DNA of 64,000 bases from the NCBI GenBank assembly GCA_964016885.1, contig OZ024741.1, forward strand, positions 378,014,001 through 378,078,000, in the 5' to 3' direction. The position numbers were made by a program, and so were the translations under genes. The notes below the pieces were generated by a model, which did not search any database, was not told where the DNA came from, and saw only the letters and a list, made by a program, of their open reading frames with translations. Shown one piece after another: positions 40,726-52,093 of this stretch. Numbering within the stretch: the first letter of the stretch is position 1; the number at the start of each line of letters is the position of its first letter. The DNA comes from Eledone cirrhosa (taxonomy: Eukaryota).

Positions 40726-43320
40726 ATGCTGATAGAAACAATCAAGCAAAAAGTGTCGGCCAAAGCTGCTCGTATAAGGCGCTTTGAAAAACGATCTAGA
40801 TTCTATACGGACAATAATATGTTCAAAAACAACCAAAGAAATTTCTACAGAAAAATTGGTAAGTCAACAATAACTGCTAAATCAATACCACCCAAGGAGG
40901 AAGTGCAACAATTCTGGGAAAAGATCTGGGCCGAAGAAAAAGTTCATAACATACATGCCCCGTGGATAGACAGACAAATGAAAGAAACAGCTCACCATGA
41001 AGAACAAACATGGGAAAATATAACAGTTGAACAGCTGCGCTTGGCTCTAAGAAAAACCAGCAAATGGAAATCCCCAGGAAAAGACAAAATACAAAACTTT
41101 TGGATAAATGCCTTCACAGAGTCTCATGAGCTGTTAGCCCAACTTTACAATGAAATAGTTAAGGAGCCAGAAAAGATACCATCATGGCTAGTTAACGGCA
41201 TTAAATTCCTGCTACCGAAGAATGATGAGACAAACAATCCCAAAAATTACAGACCGATAACCTGCTTGACCACAATGTATAAATTGTTAACATCAGTCCT
41301 AACTGAATACACATATGACCACCTGATAACAAATGACCTATTTCCCATTGAGCAGAAAGGGTGTAAACGAGGCTCATATGGCTGTAAGGATCAGCTTCTG
41401 GTTAACAAAATGATACTGGAAGATTGTCATAATAGACACAAAAATCTATCGATTGCTTGGATAGATTATAAAAAAGCATTTGATAGTTTGCCACACAGTT
41501 GGATTGAAAAATGTTTAGAGATTTTCAAAATATCCCCCGTTATCAGGAGGTTTTTGTCATTCAGTATGAGGACATGGAGAACGACACTCCTTTTGAATAG
41601 TGAAACAAAATCACTGGAAGCTGGAGAAGTTAACATTAATTGTGGAATTTTTCAGGGTGACTCTTTATCACCGCTTTTATTCTGCATCGCACTTATACCA
41701 TTAAGTAAAATGCTCAATGAAACAAAACATGGATATAGAGTCTATGACAAAACCATTAATCACCTGTTCTACATGGATGACCTGAAACTATTTGCAAAAA
41801 ATGATGAACAATTGCAAGGGCTATTATCCACTGTGAAGCAGTTCAGTGATGACATTAAAATGGAGTTTGGACTGGATAAATGCGCCAAAGCAACGTTCAC
41901 CAGAGGAAAGCTGCTGAAGAGTTCAGACATTAATCTTGATCGGGGGAACGTGATAAGAGAGCTTGATCAAGAACAAACTTACAAATATCTAGGTGTTTGT
42001 GAAGGAGACGGAATCAAGCACTCGACAATGAGGGAAAGGATAAGGAAGGAATGTTACCGCAGAGTCAGAGCAATCTTAAGAACGGAATTGAATGCAAGGA
42101 ATAGGATCGATGCCATAAACACGCTTGCCATACCAGTAGTAACCTACAGTTACAATGTCATCAACTGGTCAAGCACAGAGATCCGTAGGCTCGATACAAA
42201 AATCCGAAAATTCTTAACCATGCACAGAATGAATCACCCTAAGGCAGACATAGATAGAATATATCTCCCTAGGAAAGAAGGAGGACGTGGGTTAATCCAG
42301 TTAGACATTGCGTTGAAAACTGCAACAATTGGATTATCCACATATCTAAAGGAATCACATGATTGGATGATCAAACTCGTTTTGAAACACGAAAGCACCC
42401 AAAGATCATATTCCATTACCAAAGATGCACAAAGATACAGTAATGGACTACAAATTTCAGAAGTCCCATTTACTGCTGAAATGGAAAACACAGAAAAGGC
42501 AAAGCAGGTAAAAGTAACTGCAAAGAAAGAACTGCTACAGAAACTGGCTAAGAAATGCAAAGAAAAGCCTCTGTATGGAAAATACCCAGAGCGAGCTAAC
42601 AATCCTGATGTTGACAAAACTTTAACCCATGGGTGGTTGGCATCCTCTGGCCTGAAATCGGAGACTGAAGGACTGATTATATCCGCACAAGATCAGTGTC
42701 TGCCAACAAAAAATTACCAAGCCAACATAATAAAAAATGGGTGCAGCCCATTATGCCGTGTATGCAAAAAACAACCAGAGACCATTGACCATATAATTTC
42801 AATGTGCAGTCCTATAGCTCCAACCGAATACCTAAACAGGCATGACAGAGCTGCACAATACATACATTGGATAATGTGTAAGCATTTTGACCTGCCCCAT
42901 CAAAAGAATTGGTGGGAGCATCAACCACCTCCCATACTTGAAAAAGATCACATCTCAATCTTGTGGAACTTTAACATCCAAACAGACCGAAAAATAGATG
43001 CAAATAGACCTGATATAATATTGAAGGACTTTCAAAGGAGGGTATGCCTGCTAATTGATATGTCTGTTCCAATAGACAAGAATGTATCTATAAAAACATT
43101 TGAAAAATTGAGCAAGTATAAGGACCTGGAGATAGAAATTGGAGAAATGTGGAAATTGAGAACTAAAACAATACCAGTGGTTGTAGGCGCTCTGGGAATG
43201 ATACCTAAGGGGTCTAACGACTACTTATCGCAAATCCCAGGAAACCCGCGTATAGGAGAAATACAAAAGATAGTACTAATGGGAACTGCCCATATACTAA
43301 GGAAGATCCTGTCAATATAA
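40726..43320 (+). CDS. Family A RT + CCHC + REL endonuclease, 864-aa open portion
   Basis: All RT and REL motifs are intact ([49 protein letters not shown]). The true ORF probably begins at 39672 but is broken upstream, with a TGA near 40705. Confidence 0.8.
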   Translation: MLIETIKQKVSAKAARIRRFEKRSRFYTDNNMFKNNQRNFYRKIGKSTITAKSIPPKEEVQQFWEKIWAEEKVHNIHAPWIDRQMKETAHHEEQTWENITVEQLRLALRKTSKWKSPGKDKIQNFWINAFTESHELLAQLYNEIVKEPEKIPSWLVNGIKFLLPKNDETNNPKNYRPITCLTTMYKLLTSVLTEYTYDHLITNDLFPIEQKGCKRGSYGCKDQLLVNKMILEDCHNRHKNLSIAWIDYKKAFDSLPHSWIEKCLEIFKISPVIRRFLSFSMRTWRTTLLLNSETKSLEAGEVNINCGIFQGDSLSPLLFCIALIPLSKMLNETKHGYRVYDKTINHLFYMDDLKLFAKNDEQLQGLLSTVKQFSDDIKMEFGLDKCAKATFTRGKLLKSSDINLDRGNVIRELDQEQTYKYLGVCEGDGIKHSTMRERIRKECYRRVRAILRTELNARNRIDAINTLAIPVVTYSYNVINWSSTEIRRLDTKIRKFLTMHRMNHPKADIDRIYLPRKEGGRGLIQLDIALKTATIGLSTYLKESHDWMIKLVLKHESTQRSYSITKDAQRYSNGLQISEVPFTAEMENTEKAKQVKVTAKKELLQKLAKKCKEKPLYGKYPERANNPDVDKTLTHGWLASSGLKSETEGLIISAQDQCLPTKNYQANIIKNGCSPLCRVCKKQPETIDHIISMCSPIAPTEYLNRHDRAAQYIHWIMCKHFDLPHQKNWWEHQPPPILEKDHISILWNFNIQTDRKIDANRPDIILKDFQRRVCLLIDMSVPIDKNVSIKTFEKLSKYKDLEIEIGEMWKLRTKTIPVVVGALGMIPKGSNDYLSQIPGNPRIGEIQKIVLMGTAHILRKILSI

Positions 43321-43477
43321 GTACATCACAAGTCTAAACACTAAGAATGCATGTGTGAATATGTATGTTCTTTCTTGAACATGGCGGACCTTGTTGTCTC
43401 TTGAGGTCACTGGTTGTGACTTGGTGATAACTCGTATAAACATAAAGCAAGATAAATGCAAATAATAATAATAATAA

Positions 43478-46302
43478 TAACAAACTATAAAGTAGGTGAA
43501 CATGTTAAACAAACTAAACTCAGAAAATTGAAAAAAAAGTACTGTATAAGATCAACATGTGACATAGACATGCTGATAGAAACAATCAAGCAAAAAGTGT
43601 CGGCCAAAGCTGCTCGTATAAGGCGCTTTGAAAAACGATCTAGATTTTATAAGGACAATAATATGTTCAAAAACAACCAAAGAAACTTCTACAGAAAAAT
43701 TGGTAAGTCGACAATAACTGCTAAATCAATACCACCCAAGGAGGAAGTGCAAGAATTCTAGGAAAAGATCTGGGCCGAAGAAAAAGTTCATAACATACAT
43801 GCCCCATGGATACACAGACAAATGAAAGAAACAGCTCACCTTGAAGAACAAACATGGGAAAATATAACAGTTGAACAGCTGCGCTTGGCTCTAAGAAAAA
43901 CCAGCAAATGGAAATCCCCAGGAAAAGACAAAATACAAAACTTTTGGATAAATGCCTTCACAGAGTCTCATGAGCTGTTAGCCCAACTTTACAATGAAAT
44001 AGTTAAGGAGCCAGAAAAGATACCATCATGGCTAGTTAACGGCATTACATTCCTGCTACCGAAGAATGATGAGACAAACAATCCCAAAAATTACAGACCG
44101 ATAACCTGCTTGACCACAATTTATAAAATGTTAACATCAGTCCTAACTGAATACACATATGACCACCTGATAACAAATGACCTATTTCCCATTGAGCAGA
44201 AAGGGTGTAAACGAGGCTCATATGGCTGTAAGGATCAGCTTCTGGTTAACAAAATGATACTGGAAGATTGTCATAATAGACACAAAAATCTATCGATTGC
44301 TTGGATAGATTATAAAAAAGCATTTGATAGTTTGCCACACAGTTGGATTGAAAAATGTTTAGAGATTTTCAAAATATCCCCCGTTGTCAGGAGGTTTTTG
44401 TCATTCAGTATGAGGACATGGAGAACGACACTCCTTTTGAATAGTGAAACAAAATCACTGGAAGCTCTAGAAGTTAACATTAATTGTGGAATTTTTCAGG
44501 GTGACTCTTTATCACCGCTTTTATTCTGCATCGCACTTATACCATTAAGTAAAATGCTCAATGAAACAAAACATGGATATAGAGCCTATGACAAAACCAT
44601 TAATCACCTGTTCTACATGGATGACCTGAAACTATTTGCAAAAAATGATGAACAATTGCAAGGGCTATTATCCACTGTGAAGCAGTTCAGTGATGACATT
44701 AAAATGGAGTTTGGACTGGATAAATGCGCCAAAGCAACGTTCACCAGAGGAAAGCTGCTGAAGATTTCAGACATTAATCTTGATCCGGGGAACGTGATAA
44801 GAGAGCTTGATCAAGAACAAACTTACAAATATCTAGGTGTTTGTGAAGGAGACGGAATCAAGCACTCGACAATGAGGGAAAGGATAAGGAGGGAATGTTA
44901 CCGCAGAGTCAGAGCAATCTTAAGAACGGAATTGAATGCAAGGAATAGGATCGATGCCATAAACACGCTTGCCATACCAGTAGTAACCTACATTTACAAT
45001 GTCATCAACTGGTCAAGCACAGAGATCCGTAGGCTCGATACAAAAATCCGAAAATTCTTAACCATGCACAGAATGCATCACCCTAAGGCAGACATAGATA
45101 GAATATATCTCCCTAGGAAAGAAGGAGGACGTGGGTTAATCCAGTTAGACATTGCGTTGAAAACTGCAACAATTGGATTATCCACATATCTATGGGAATC
45201 ACATGATTGGATGATCAAACTCGTTTTGAAACACGAAAGCACCAAAAGATCATATTCCATTACAAAAGATGCACAAAGATACAGTAATGGACTACACATT
45301 TCAGAAGTCCCATTTACTGCTGAAATGGAAAACACAGAAAAGGCAAAGCAGGTAAAAGTAACTGCAAAGAAAGAACTGCTATAGAAACTGGCTAAGAAAT
45401 GGCAAGAAAAGCCTCTGTATGGAAAATACCCAGAGCGAGCTAACAATCCTGATGTTGACAAAACTTTAACCCATCAGTGGTTGGCATCCTCTGAACTGAA
45501 ATCGGAGACTGAAGGACTGATTATATCGGCACAAGATCAGTGTCTGCCAACAAAAAATTACCAAGCCAACATAATAAAAAATGGGTGCAGCCCATTATGC
45601 CGTGTATGCAAAAAACAACCAGAGACCATTGACCATATAATTTCAATGTGCAGTCCTATAGCTCCAACCGAATACCTAAACAGGCATGACAGAGCTGCAC
45701 AATACATACATTGGATAATGTGTAAGCATTTTGACCTGCCCCATCAAAAGAATTGGTGGGAGCATCAACCACCTCCCATACTTGAAAAAGATCACATCTC
45801 AATCTTGTGGAACTTTAGCATCCAAACAGACCGAAAAATAGATGCAAATAGACCTGATATAATATTGAAGGACTTTCAAAGGAGGGTATGCCTGCTAATT
45901 GATATGTCTGTTCCAATAGACAAGAATGTATCTATAAAAACATTTGAAAAATTGAGCAAGTATAAGGACCTGGAGATAGAAATTGGAAAAATGTGGAAAT
46001 TGAGAACTAAAACAATACCAGTGGTTGTAGGCGCTCTGGGAATGATACCTAAGGGGTCTAACGACTACTTATCGCAAATCCCAGGAAACCCGCGTATAGG
46101 AGAAATACAAAAGATAGTACTAATGGGAACTGCCCATATACTAAGGAAGATCCTGTCAATATAAGTACATCACAAGTCTAAACACTAAGGATGCATGTGT
46201 GAATATGTATGTTCTTTCTTGAACATGGCGGACCTTGTTGTCTCTTGAGGTCACTGGTTGTGACTTGGTGATAACTCGTATAAACATAAAGCAAGATAAA
46301 TG
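43478..46302 (+). mobile_element. R4/Dong family A copy 5 (5'-truncated, tandem to copy 4)
   Basis: Begins TAACAAACTATAAAG, overlapping the TAA tract. It has in-frame stops at 43759 and 45382 and ends in (TAA)n at 46303-46387. Confidence 0.9.
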
Positions 46303-46387
<85 letters not shown>

Positions 46388-47323
46388 GATAAGGGAAGAA
46401 GACGCACGAGGTGGTAGAAGTTCATGAAATCGCTCCCGTAAGTTTTGAATTTTTAACATATTTAAATCATTTGTGAAATAACAACTCTTAATACAAATGC
46501 TACGTAAAGCATCCGGCTTGAGCCCCAAAAAAATTCGGACCCAAGATATATTGTTATAAGGCTCAAATATTCAAATATTCAACTTTGTATTGTACATTGT
46601 ATATTCAAAAAAGAAAATGGCTATAAATGGAAGAAGAACCCCCCCCCCTCCTCTGTCTACGCTATATAGAACAGCCAAACAACACCAGAAACTAGATACA
46701 ACACCTACCCCATCAGCTCTGTGTATACACTAAACACAACAGCCAGATAACGGCAATTTCACCACCACCACTCACTACTGCCATCATTACCACCACTCCT
46801 TCATTGCTGCCACCGCTACAACACCATCGCTACAGTAATACGATCACCACTGCCTCGGTATCGACATCACCACCACCACTGTCTCAGTATCGACACCGTC
46901 GCTACTGTCTCCCACATCTCCCCGCCGCCACCACTCCTTCAATGCTACCACCACTATTCCCCTGTTAACTTGAGAGAGAAAGGGGAGGTGGCGGTATCAC
47001 TAGACGAGGGAGAGGCTAGCAAAAGATATAAATAGATTGACTTAGTGACCTGGCCAAATCAACAATTATGGGACTGCTGGCTCACCCCTTCCTCACCAAC
47101 AATATAAAAAGCCCCGGCACCACCACCGACATAGCCAACAACAATAACAGCCAACCACAACAAAAAGTATATTATATTATTGTAATGCACTGGGTGATTT
47201 CTGGCCTTGTGCCTGGATTGGAGACAATTATTAATAATTTCATTCTTAAGCCACGCAATGCTCACATTAAGGAACCACTCATGATAATAACAATTTAAAA
47301 AAACAACAAAAAGAAAACCCCGC
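46388..47323 (+). repeat. Non-coding segment paralogous to 38651-39517
   Basis: Same ordered blocks and the same SINE 3'-end remnant (CACTGGGTGATT.CTGGCCTTGTGCCT) at about 47183-47228. Confidence 0.8.
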
Positions 47324-50300
47324 GACCAAGAAATACCGGGATGGCGGCCGGCGGGGAATAGCCGTGTCTCTAGGGGAGAACGACCCCTCTAGTCTTGGTT
47401 GACACTCGTTCTAGAAGTGGTAATACGAAATGATTACCCCTTGGCGGATAAGGATAAAACGCGACAAAATAAAGTAAATGTCTAATGATAAAATCTCATA
47501 CCGGATCGGCCGTCACGCGGGAAAAAAGGGCCGCGTCCCTCAGAGAGGAACCAGACTGGGGTCGAAAAATCAGCTAATGGTTCAAACCTTCCCATCACTT
47601 CGGAGCTGGAGACCTCCCATAACCGGAATACTCCTACTGTTGGCCCTCCATGCTCACCACCAAGAAATCCAAAGAAAAAGAGAGAAAAATGGTCAAGAGA
47701 AGATAATAAAGAAGTCCTTGAGGCTTTCTACACTGCCATGTACTACCCATCAAATACATCGAATACAGAACAGACATATATCAACTGGAAAAAGAAACAT
47801 CCCGGAAACAGAGGCTATATTGACAGCAACAAACTAGCCAATATACGAAGAATTATTGTAAGAAAAAAGTTACTAACTGATATAGAAATTGATCAGATCA
47901 AGCTATTAGCACGAAGTCAGAGAAGGGAAAATGAAACATGTGTCAGTGAAAACGAGGTAAACTGTAACACTTCGAATCCCAGGGTTGGGGCGGAATCACT
48001 GGCAACAGAACAAATTAAAGAAAGGATCGAAAAAGTGGAGGGAGTACATGCTCAGGATGAAACTCCAAATGAAAATAATGAGATCGTAAATGATAAAGAA
48101 ATGAATGAGAATGAACTTGCCAACTTGAAGGATGAAATTATGATCGAATGGATGAAAATGAAAGAATCTGACATGGGGGAACGAGACACCCTCCCTAAGA
48201 TCCAGAACTCCAAACAGAACCAAAAGATAATACACAAGACTAACATAATTCTCAAAAACATTATCATCACAAACAAACTAAACATTACTGATTTAAATCA
48301 TCTCTATTATGCATCGGCTGAAGTCACCACTCACATATGTGGAGTGAAGATGAAAAAATAAAGAAATTCCCACAAGAAATCTACTTGGCAAGAGAACATC
48401 AATCGCCAAATAAACCTTCTCCGATCTGACATAGAAATTTTAACAAACTATAAAGTAGGTGAATATGTTAAACAAACTAAACTTAGAAAATTGAAAAGAA
48501 AGTACAGTATAAAATCAACATGTGACATAGACATGCTGATAGACATAATCAAGCAAAAAGTGTCGGCCAAAGCTGCTCGTATAAGGCGCTTTGAAAAACG
48601 ATCTAGATTCTATAAGGACAATAATATGTTCAAAAACTACCAAAGAAACTTCTACAGAAAAATTGGTAAGTCAACAATAACTGCTAAATCAATACCACCC
48701 AAGGAGGAAGTGCAACAATTCTGGGAAAAGATCTGGGCCGAAGAAAAAGTTCATAATATACATGCCCCATGGATAGACAGACAAATGAAAGATACAGCTC
48801 ACCTTGAGGAACAAACATGGGAAAATATAACAGTTGAACAGTTGCGCTTGGCTCTAAGAAAAACCAACAAATGGAAATCCCCAGGAAAAGACAAAATACA
48901 AAACTTTTGGATAAATGCCTTCACAGAGTCTCATGAGCTGTTAGCCCAACTTTACAATGAAATAGTTAAGGAGCCAGTAAAGATACCTTCATGGCTAGTT
49001 AACGGCATTACATTCCTGCTTCCGAAGAATGATGAGACAAACAATCCCAAAAATTACAGACCGATAACTTGCTTGACCACAATGTATAAAATGTTAACAT
49101 CAGTCCTAACTGAATACACATATGACCACCTGATAACAAATGACCTATTTCCCATTGAGCAGAAAGGGTGTAAACGAGGCTCATATGGCTGTAAGGATCA
49201 GCTTCTGGTTAACAAAATGATACTGGAAGATTGTCATAATAGACACAAAAATCTATCGATTGCTTGGATAGATTATAAAAAAGCATTTGATAGTTTGCCA
49301 CACAGTTGGATTGAAAAATGTTTAGAGATTTTCAAAGTATCCCCCGTTGTCAGGAGGATTTTGTCATTCAGTATGAAGACATGGAAAACGACACTCCTTT
49401 TGAATAGTGAAACAAAATCACTGGAAGCTGGAGAAGTTAACATTAATTGTGGAATTTTTCAGAGTGACTCTTTATCACCGCTTTTATTCTGCATCGCACT
49501 TATACCATGGATATATAGTCTATGACAAAACCATTAATCACCTGTTCTACATGGATGACCTGGAACTATTTGCAAAAAATGATGAACAATTGCAAGAGCT
49601 ATTATCCACTGTGAAGCAGTTCAGTGATGACATTAAAATGGAGTTTGGACTAGATAAATGCGCCAAAGCAACGTTCACCAGAGGAAAGCTGCTGAAGAGT
49701 TCAGACATTAATCTTGATCGGGGGAACGTGATAAGAGAACTTGATCAAGAAAAAACTTACAAATATCTAGGTGTTTGTGAAGGAGACGGAATCAAGCACT
49801 CGACAATGAGGGAAAGGATAAGGAAGGAACGTTACCGCAGAGTGAGAGCAATCTTAAAAACGGAATTGAATGCAAGGAATAGGATCGATGCCATAAACAC
49901 GCTTGCCATACCAGTAGTAACCTACAGTTACAATGTCATCAACTGGTCAAGCACAGAGATCCGTAGGCTCGATACAAACATTAGAACATTCTTAACCATG
50001 CACAGAATGCATCACCCTAAAGCAGATATAGAGAGAATATATCTCCCTAGGAAAGAAGGAGGACGTGGGTTAATCCAGTTAGACATTGCGTTGAAAACTG
50101 CAACAATTGAATTATCTACATATCTAAGGGAATCACATGATCGGATGATCAAACGCGTTTTGAAACACGAAAGCATCAAAAGATCATATTCCATTACAAA
50201 AGATGCACAAAGATACAGTAATGGACTACACATTTCAGAAGTCCCATTTACTGCTGAAATGGAAAACACAGAAAAAGCAAAGCAGGTAAAAGTAACTGCA

Positions 50301-51235
50301 AAGAAAGAACTGCTACAGAAACTGGCTAAGAAATGGCAAGAAAAGCCTCTGTATGGAAAATACCCAGAGCGAGCTAACAATCCTGATGTTGACAAAACTT
50401 TAACCCATCAGTGGTTGGCATCCTCTTGACTGAAAACGGAGACGGAAGGACTGATTATATCGGCACAAGATCAGTGTCTGCCAACAAAAAATTACCAAGC
50501 CAACATAATAAAAAATGGGTGCAGCCCATTATGCCGTGTATGCAAAAAACAACCAGAGACAATTGACCATATAATTTCAATGTGCGGTCCTATAGCTCCA
50601 ACCGAAACAGGCATGACAGAGCTGCACAATACATACATTGGATAATGTGTAAGCATTTTGACCTGCCTCATCAAAAGAATTGGTGGGAGCATCAACCACC
50701 TCCGATACTTGAAAAAGATCACATCTCAATCTTGTGGAACTTTAGCATCCAAACAGACCGAAAAATAGATGCAAACAGACCTGATATAATATTGAAAGAC
50801 TTTCAAAAGAGGGTATGCCTGCTAATTGATATGTCTGTTCCAATAGACAAGATTGTATCTATAAAAACATTTGTAAAATTGAGCAAGTATAAGGACCTGG
50901 AGATAGAAATTGGAAAAATGTGGAAATTGAGAACTAAAACAATACCAGTAGTTGTAAGCGCTCTGGGAATGATACCTAAGGGGTCTAATGATTACATATC
51001 GCAAATCCCAGGAAACCCGCGTATAGGAGAAATACAAAAGATAGTACTAATGGGAACTGCCCATATACTAAGGAAGATTCTGTCAATATAAGTACATCAC
51101 AAGTCTAAACACTAAAGATGCATGTGTAAATATGTATGTTCTTTCTTGAACATGGCGAACCTTGTTGTCACTTGAGGTCACTGGTTATGACTTGGTGATA
51201 ACTCGTATGAACATAAAGCAAGATAAATGCAACTG
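47324..51235 (+). mobile_element. R4/Dong family A copy 6 (full length, disrupted)
   Basis: Same 5' UTR as copy 4, ATG at 47478, and ORF pieces 47738-48361, 48491-49525, 49407-50429 and 50582-51091. It has the 29-bp deletion at about 49508 and ends in AAATGCAACTG-(TAA)n. Confidence 0.9.
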
Positions 51236-51240
51236 TAATA

Positions 51241-51271
<31 letters not shown>

Positions 51272-51272
51272 T

Positions 51273-51770
51273 GTTTTCTTTATTAACCACAATGGTTCAC
51301 ATAAAGTAGGCATTAAGGACAGTACAGGACAATACAGGACGGTACAAATGGGCATTTCTGCGTGTAAAAAAACAGAGGTTGACATAAATTAACAAAGAAA
51401 AATTCCCCAATAGGGGGGAGACTTCCAAGGGACATTTGTGGAGAAAGCCCATTAAAAGACCACAGTGGCCCTGACCACCAGGGCAAGTGCCCTCTCCCAG
51501 TTTTCCACCTTTAATTTACAGACACATACTCAGAGAAGGCCCATTCATTCGGGCCATACTTGCTTCTCTCACCCATCTTTCAACAAAATGCTGGTAAGAG
51601 AGCACTTCTCTCTCTACCCTGATTTTCCTTTTCAAATGAAATTTGAAAAAGTTAATCAGGGCATCACCGAAGAGGTAAGTGCTCGTCTTCAGCCCTTTCA
51701 AACGTGTCCACCATACTATCTCTTTCGCCTTGGCCACCAGACAGATAAAAACTGCCTGCCCTTCCCGGCT
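51273..51770 (-). mobile_element. Family C 3'-end fragment (product of the tandem duplication)
   Basis: ORF2 C-terminus at 51516-51737 plus the 3' UTR. Confidence 0.88.
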
Positions 51771-52059
51771 AGTAGTTGTAAGCGCTCTGGGAATGATACC
51801 TAAGGGGTCTAATGATTACATATCGCAAATCCCAGGAAACCCGCGTATAGGAGAAATACAAAAGATAGTACTAATGGGAACTGCCCATATACTAAGGAAG
51901 ATTCTGTCAATATAAGTACATCACAAGTCTAAACACTAAAGATGCATGTGTAAATATGTATGTTCTTTCTTGAACATGGCGAACCTTGTTGTCACTTGAG
52001 GTCACTGGTTATGACTTGGTGATAACTCGTATGAACATAAAGCAAGATAAATGCAACTG
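51771..52059 (+). mobile_element. Family A 3'-end fragment (product of the tandem duplication)
   Basis: VVVSALGMIP..RKILSI plus the 3' UTR, then (TAA)n at 52060-52093. Confidence 0.88.
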
Positions 52060-52093
52060 TAATAATAGTAATAATAATAATAATAATAATAAT

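Larger units (their letters stand above)
39518..43460 (+). mobile_element. R4/Dong family A copy 4 (apparently full length; N-terminal part disrupted)
   Basis: GC-rich 5' UTR, ATG at 39672, N-terminal frameshifts and stops, then an 864-aa open frame to 43320. It ends in (TAA)n at 43461-43480. The 5' boundary is inferred. Confidence 0.88.
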
